From Tubulanus polymorphus (taxonomy: Eukaryota > Animalia > Nemertea), in NCBI RefSeq assembly GCF_964204645.1, contig NC_134027.1, forward strand, positions 12,556,485-12,620,484: a DNA stretch of 64,000 bases, given 5' to 3'. The position numbers and the translations under genes are program-made. The notes below the pieces were generated by a model. It had not been told where the DNA came from. It searched no databases and worked only from the letters and a program-made list of their open reading frames with translations. This document shows, one piece after another, positions 58,966-64,000 of this stretch; position 1 is the stretch's first letter, and each line of letters begins with the position of its first letter.

Positions 58966-61569
58966 GTATCTTTAAATATAAACATGTTTATCACGCGAAT
59001 ATCTGCCAGAGCGTGTGACCTTAGGATATACACCTTACGTTAATAGGCACCTTTATCACATTATGACAGTGTAATGTATATAGGTAAATTCAAGTTCACC
59101 GAGTCATTAGAATTTCTTAAAAGAGTATTCCTTATAGCGTGTATATACGTTCGATGTATGATATGTTCGCACGACCGGTTCTATATCCAAGGGCTTGCGA
59201 ATAGCCGATACATCTTGCTTTGCTCAATCAATTATATAGATATATCATTTATTACCATTTATCTATTTACCGCTTATTTGAAGAATATCTTGGTTTGGCC
59301 CATTGTATGAATTCATAAGATGGGAGTAATTGCAACATGGTGTTTTCATACAAGAGGTCGAGTCGACCGCACTTTTCGACCAGCTAATATTTTACATATA
59401 AACAGCAGCTAGTAAAACCTTATTAGCATCAATGAATAAGAGAGTAAAACTATTTAAAAAAAACAATATGAAATAAGTCGATCTTTCACAAGAAATTGAA
59501 CATGAAATCATGATATTAGAATGAATAAAAACTCCGCAAATCTCAGCTACTGCAATCTTAACACCAATCGTGAATTTAGGGTATTTCTACCCGATAAATG
59601 GACTGCATTGAAAAATGAGAAGACCTTGTCGGTTTTTGATTGAAATACCATGGAAAAATGAGTATGCTCATCGTGATTAAGAAATTGTAGAATAGATATA
59701 ATGAACTATAAGAAAAAAAATGAAAATAAAAAATGAAAAAAAAAAAAATAGAATAAAAAGTACAAAAAAGTTAGGAAACATGAGAAACTGATCCCTCTTT
59801 TTTTGCTTTTTTCTTTACAAAAATGTTAGCCACGTAATCTATTGCCTATACTGGTATACTCTTGGTAGACAGAAAAACCTTGACGGAAAAAATAGATGAT
59901 AACTCGGATGATGGAAATAATTTATCATTGCCCTATTGTAAAATATTTGTTGCTAAATCCAAAGAAGCTCGTCACAAAATATCTGGAAAACAAGAATGTT
60001 TTGAAATAGCCACCTGAAAATTCTAATGAAAGAGAACAATTAATCAATATGACAACAGATGAAATTGAATGTTAAGTTTGTGATGAATTTTCAACTAAAA
60101 GGTATTAGACATCTTGAATCACCAAAACATAAGCAAAATTTAAATGAAAATATTTTAGGAACATTTTTAGGAGTATTCCAGATTCTAAAACTAAATCAAA
60201 TTCAAATTAGCCTTTCATGGAAAATATTAGAAATTATGTTTATATGTTAAAATTGGTCCTGCAGCTATTATATTTAGGCTCTATAAAGGTATTAATTAGA
60301 CGGGCACATATATTGATTTTTAGGTTTCGTTCAGCCCGAATACCTTATGGATAAATTTGGTATCATTGGAAAGATTTAGTTACTCCTCTGTAGGTTTTAG
60401 GGTGTTGTTACCTTGACAACTGGGTGCAGAATCCTGTTATTTTTTGCTAACGAAAATCATTCATTAATTGGCCGGGAAATGAATCTAAATGCTTCACATG
60501 TTTAGAGTCATTCAAATAACTAACAGTAAATTCTGCCCCAGCCGTTTTTAGGCCCTCCTCGTTCGATCTTTGTACTTTCTATATTGACCACACCACCCGT
60601 ACGTTCATTTAAAAAGCCCCTCCATTCAACCAACGAATTGCATTATATGCTTAAATTGAGGGACTATTAATTGAAAAATTGCCGAGATAGTCGCTCGACG
60701 ATGATATTAGGATTTTGTATTTTGTATTACTGTTTGACATTATTTTTTGGATATCTCTCATATATATTTTCTTAAGAGAGCTCCTGTCAGAATAATACGT
60801 ACATTTTGCTTTGACCCCCTTCCCGTAAAAAGTTTTACATTATTTGTTTACCCTTCCCCAAAAACCGTATGCTATTTGAAAGATTTACCAAGAACGCACG
60901 CATCGGCAGCCCCCAGAGCCATTCCGAGAGGCTGCGTTTGGGCCTCCCTATCTGTCAGTAACCTATTTGTGGTATGGAACCATTCTGAAAAACTGCGCAA
61001 TGGGCCTGGTCCCCCTGCAAGAACCATTCTGAGACGCTGCGTAGGGACCGGCAACACGGTCAGAACATATCGCTAAGTCCAATCATATCAATTTTGATCC
61101 GAAGATTACGTGTGATGAATGTCTTAACCAATGTTTTAAACCGAGGCACAAATCAGTGTTGAGAGAAGTGTGTCATGTACTGTTCTGATGCTGCAGGTCA
61201 GTACGTAAATTACTATAGTACTATTACAGAAGCATAGTACGGTATTTAACTGTTAGATGGCGAACACAACTTTTTTAACCGAATTTTAGCCCGGGCTTAG
61301 AATGAATATTGTGACTCCCTCGGACCACCAATCTGTTTAAAACATGTAACTTGATGACGGGAAAAACTGGTATTAAGCTTCAGTAAATGGACGTTTCATT
61401 ACATGCATTAGTTTCCCTATAATGTGTCGCGGTAAATACCGTCCGTTCTGCTTTAAAGTATAGATACCTGAGACGAAAGGCAAAGATCCAGCTTCAAGAG
61501 TGCACGATGTGCTTGAGAGAAGATTACAGGCGCCCGTAGGCGCAAAATGTGGAATTTTCTGGTATAAAC

Positions 61570-62030
61570 CTAATTGTAAATCACTTAATTGAAGTTCAGC
61601 ATAGTTTTTTCCTAATATAATATAATCAAAATTTTTTCCAAAAATACTACTTAGCGCAATCCCGCGATAATTAGAGGAATCTGATAAAGACTTTCGGTTG
61701 TCCTTGGGTATAGGCACTATTGTGGTAATGATAAAATCATCGGGAGTACATGAATGGCGTACCATAGCTGAAAATAACACTGTCAAATGAACAATACGTG
61801 ATTTGGAGCCATTTTTATATGGTCTATAATAACCCTTGGTTACCATCTTTTTTTTAAAACAATTTTTACATTTCAACACGGCTTTTTCAACCTCTTTAAC
61901 CGATATCGAGTGATTTTTGGCACAGAAACACGTATCTAAGTTACAACACTTTTCTCCAATTAATCGATTTAACTTCCCATGCAACTGATTAATTTCGTAT
62001 TGACTATCAGGTGAACAATTTTAAGTTATG
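61570..62030 (-). mobile_element. LINE reverse transcriptase N-terminal remnant
   Basis: ISVKEVEKAV...LTVLFSAM...IVPIPKDNRKSLSDSSNYRGIALSSIFGK...LQLG (RT motifs 0-2). Confidence 0.8.
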
Positions 62031-62264
62031 TTTGGTATTTAACCGAAAGTGTCAGCAAAACTATTAACGGTCAGATTAACCTTGTTGAATAATCTAATGA
62101 AATCCACAGAACATAGATAGACCATATATTTTCATTTTCTATATAATCAGTATAGCCAGTCAGACTGTGCTGGTACATGTATAACAATGTGTCATTTCAT
62201 CAACACATAATTTTAAGAAACATATTTCTACATGTTCTATTATTTGTTACTCAAGATTTGTAAA

Positions 62265-62696
62265 TCAGTTTGAATTTTCTACTCCAGGAGCCGTGCCACT
62301 AAAGGCTGCAATGAACACATTCAATGCAGTGATCAATAAAACAAATGCGGTTGCTAAATCATTCCACAAATATAATCTCCTGCGGTTTTTCATTTTGTTG
62401 ATGTTGTTATCTTCTTGTTCGATATCTCCTTCGGTGTGTCTAAAAACATCTGATCTTCCTATGAGCAAAAATAACACAGCTGTTACGATTTGCAGCAGGA
62501 TTGATATACATATCAGAGTTATGATCAGAGAACTGAATTTGAATTTATCATGATTGTTTAAACTATGTCGCAATTGTGTGGCATTTGCAGAAAACAGTGC
62601 TAAATCAAGCAGACCACTCGTAAATGTTTTTTTAGTGGCGTACATCCCAAAATTTACTCGTGATGCATCAATGCTTCCATCAATTTCAGAACCAGC
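62265..62696 (-). CDS. Ninjurin family protein, last coding exon
   Basis: [53 protein letters not shown]; TTTTGCAG acceptor ending at 62697. Confidence 0.9.
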   Translation of the reverse strand, partial: AGSEIDGSIDASRVNFGMYATKKTFTSGLLDLALFSANATQLRHSLNNHDKFKFSSLIITLICISILLQIVTAVLFLLIGRSDVFRHTEGDIEQEDNNINKMKNRRRLYLWNDLATAFVLLITALNVFIAAFSGTAPGVENSN

Positions 62697-62817
62697 CTGC
62701 AAAAGCAAATGATGCATTTAGTAATCATGTCGCGTTGAGTTCATGCATATATATTACATGCATTGTCGCCCTGATCACACACAACCTATAAATACACTAA
62801 AGTTTAATGATAAGTAC

Positions 62818-63118
62818 CCGGGGCGGATCTAGCCTATCGTTGTACCGCCTGAGCGGTACTCACGATGGTAGAAGTGCCCTTTTATTTTTCTAGTTCGGGC
62901 TAGAAATAATATAGAACGGCCAATTTGAATAATCGAAGGGTAAACTTACTCTTTATGAATGATTTTTCTTTAACATGTCACTGTCATATTTTGTGGGTGC
63001 AGAGAAGGATTTGATGCCCCAAAGGGACTCGGAGCCCTAAAAATTCAATCTTTTCAATGGCATTGGTGCCCTTCCACAGCTGAACAGTACTCAAAAACCT
63101 AGGCTAGATCCGTCCCTG
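62818..63118. mobile_element. Short CAGGGGCGGATCTAG-family element
   Basis: GGGGCGGATCTAGCC / GGCTAGATCCGTCCCTG inverted ends; related to 10659-12214. Confidence 0.65.
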
Positions 63119-64000
63119 AGTAGGCCTACTTTATCTCGATAATCATTATGCAAAAATGACTCTGTCAGTACGGTAGCCATATACCGTTCGTCGCCCTTAC
63201 TCTCTCGTGACAAGTATAACAAGAAAATTAATTTTAATGAATTATTTGACGCCTGCGAAAAAATGTAGAATTTCTGGGATAAGCTAATGTGGAATTGCAA
63301 ATTTGAAATCGAGGTTTTTAAGAAATTTGGGGAATTATGAGATTTGGCGATTGGGTAGATGATACAGGTCTTCGACTGGCCTTATTAAAAAAAAAAAATT
63401 GTCAACTCGCGACCGACTTCGATTCACTTTTGCCTCTAAGCTGGTCTGCAACTTCATTTCCTCCATGGTTGAAGAAATAGCTCTTCTGATGTCTGCTTCA
63501 TCATGACTTCGAGCATATCGTGTAGCCAGCCGGCCCGGTCGCCGGGGCCCGGTTTGGCTGTCACTCGATATCCTAGACTTGAGTCTGGGTTGAAAGTAGA
63601 CATTGTCATTTAAATAACTTATTCATGCTATTCTGTATGAATTACCCGTGTGACTTGTATTTTATATTTTCTTATTTTAAAATTTGTACCATTATTGAAT
63701 TTGGGAATTTCAATGTAATGAGGATCAATAATAAATTGAATTGAATTGTCATCTAATACACACGCCATCAGGGGATGCGGAGCCGTATATGACAGCTATG
63801 CTATTATAAATTGCTAATCTCATGAAACCTGCATACCCCTAATATCAAACATATTTTATAAATTATTTGAATATTGAAATTATATGTTTACACGTTTTTA
63901 TATAGACCGCTTGTAGCCGCCGATGAAATTCACGCTGGCCATACACAGATCGTAGATAGCTTCGTCATCCCACCAGCATCCCCATGTCAGGGTCTGACTT

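Overview
AT-rich, intron-rich eukaryotic (invertebrate-like) genomic DNA. Spliced host genes: first coding exon of ALG10 (-), complete 12-exon neuroguidin NGDN (+), complete 2-exon NOP10 (-), a 2-exon Sp17/RIIa-docking-domain gene (-), and the large last exons of a rolling stone-like membrane protein gene and a Ninjurin gene (both -). Introns and intergenic DNA are packed with non-autonomous DNA transposons (Mutator-, piggyBac-, P-, hAT-, Tigger-, Harbinger- and Helentron-like) and LINE remnants. Two elements stand out. (1) A decayed Ty3/Gypsy LTR retrotransposon with a Leu-tRNA PBS, a -1 frameshift pseudoknot and an intact extra ORF in the env position encoding a coiled coil plus an SGNH/GDSL esterase, preceded by a splice acceptor. 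(2) A 1.5-kb AT-rich mini Maverick/Polinton-like element with AG...CT ends, a 6-bp TSD, an extra internal TIR copy and virus-like ORFs. All calls were made by eye, with no database searches.
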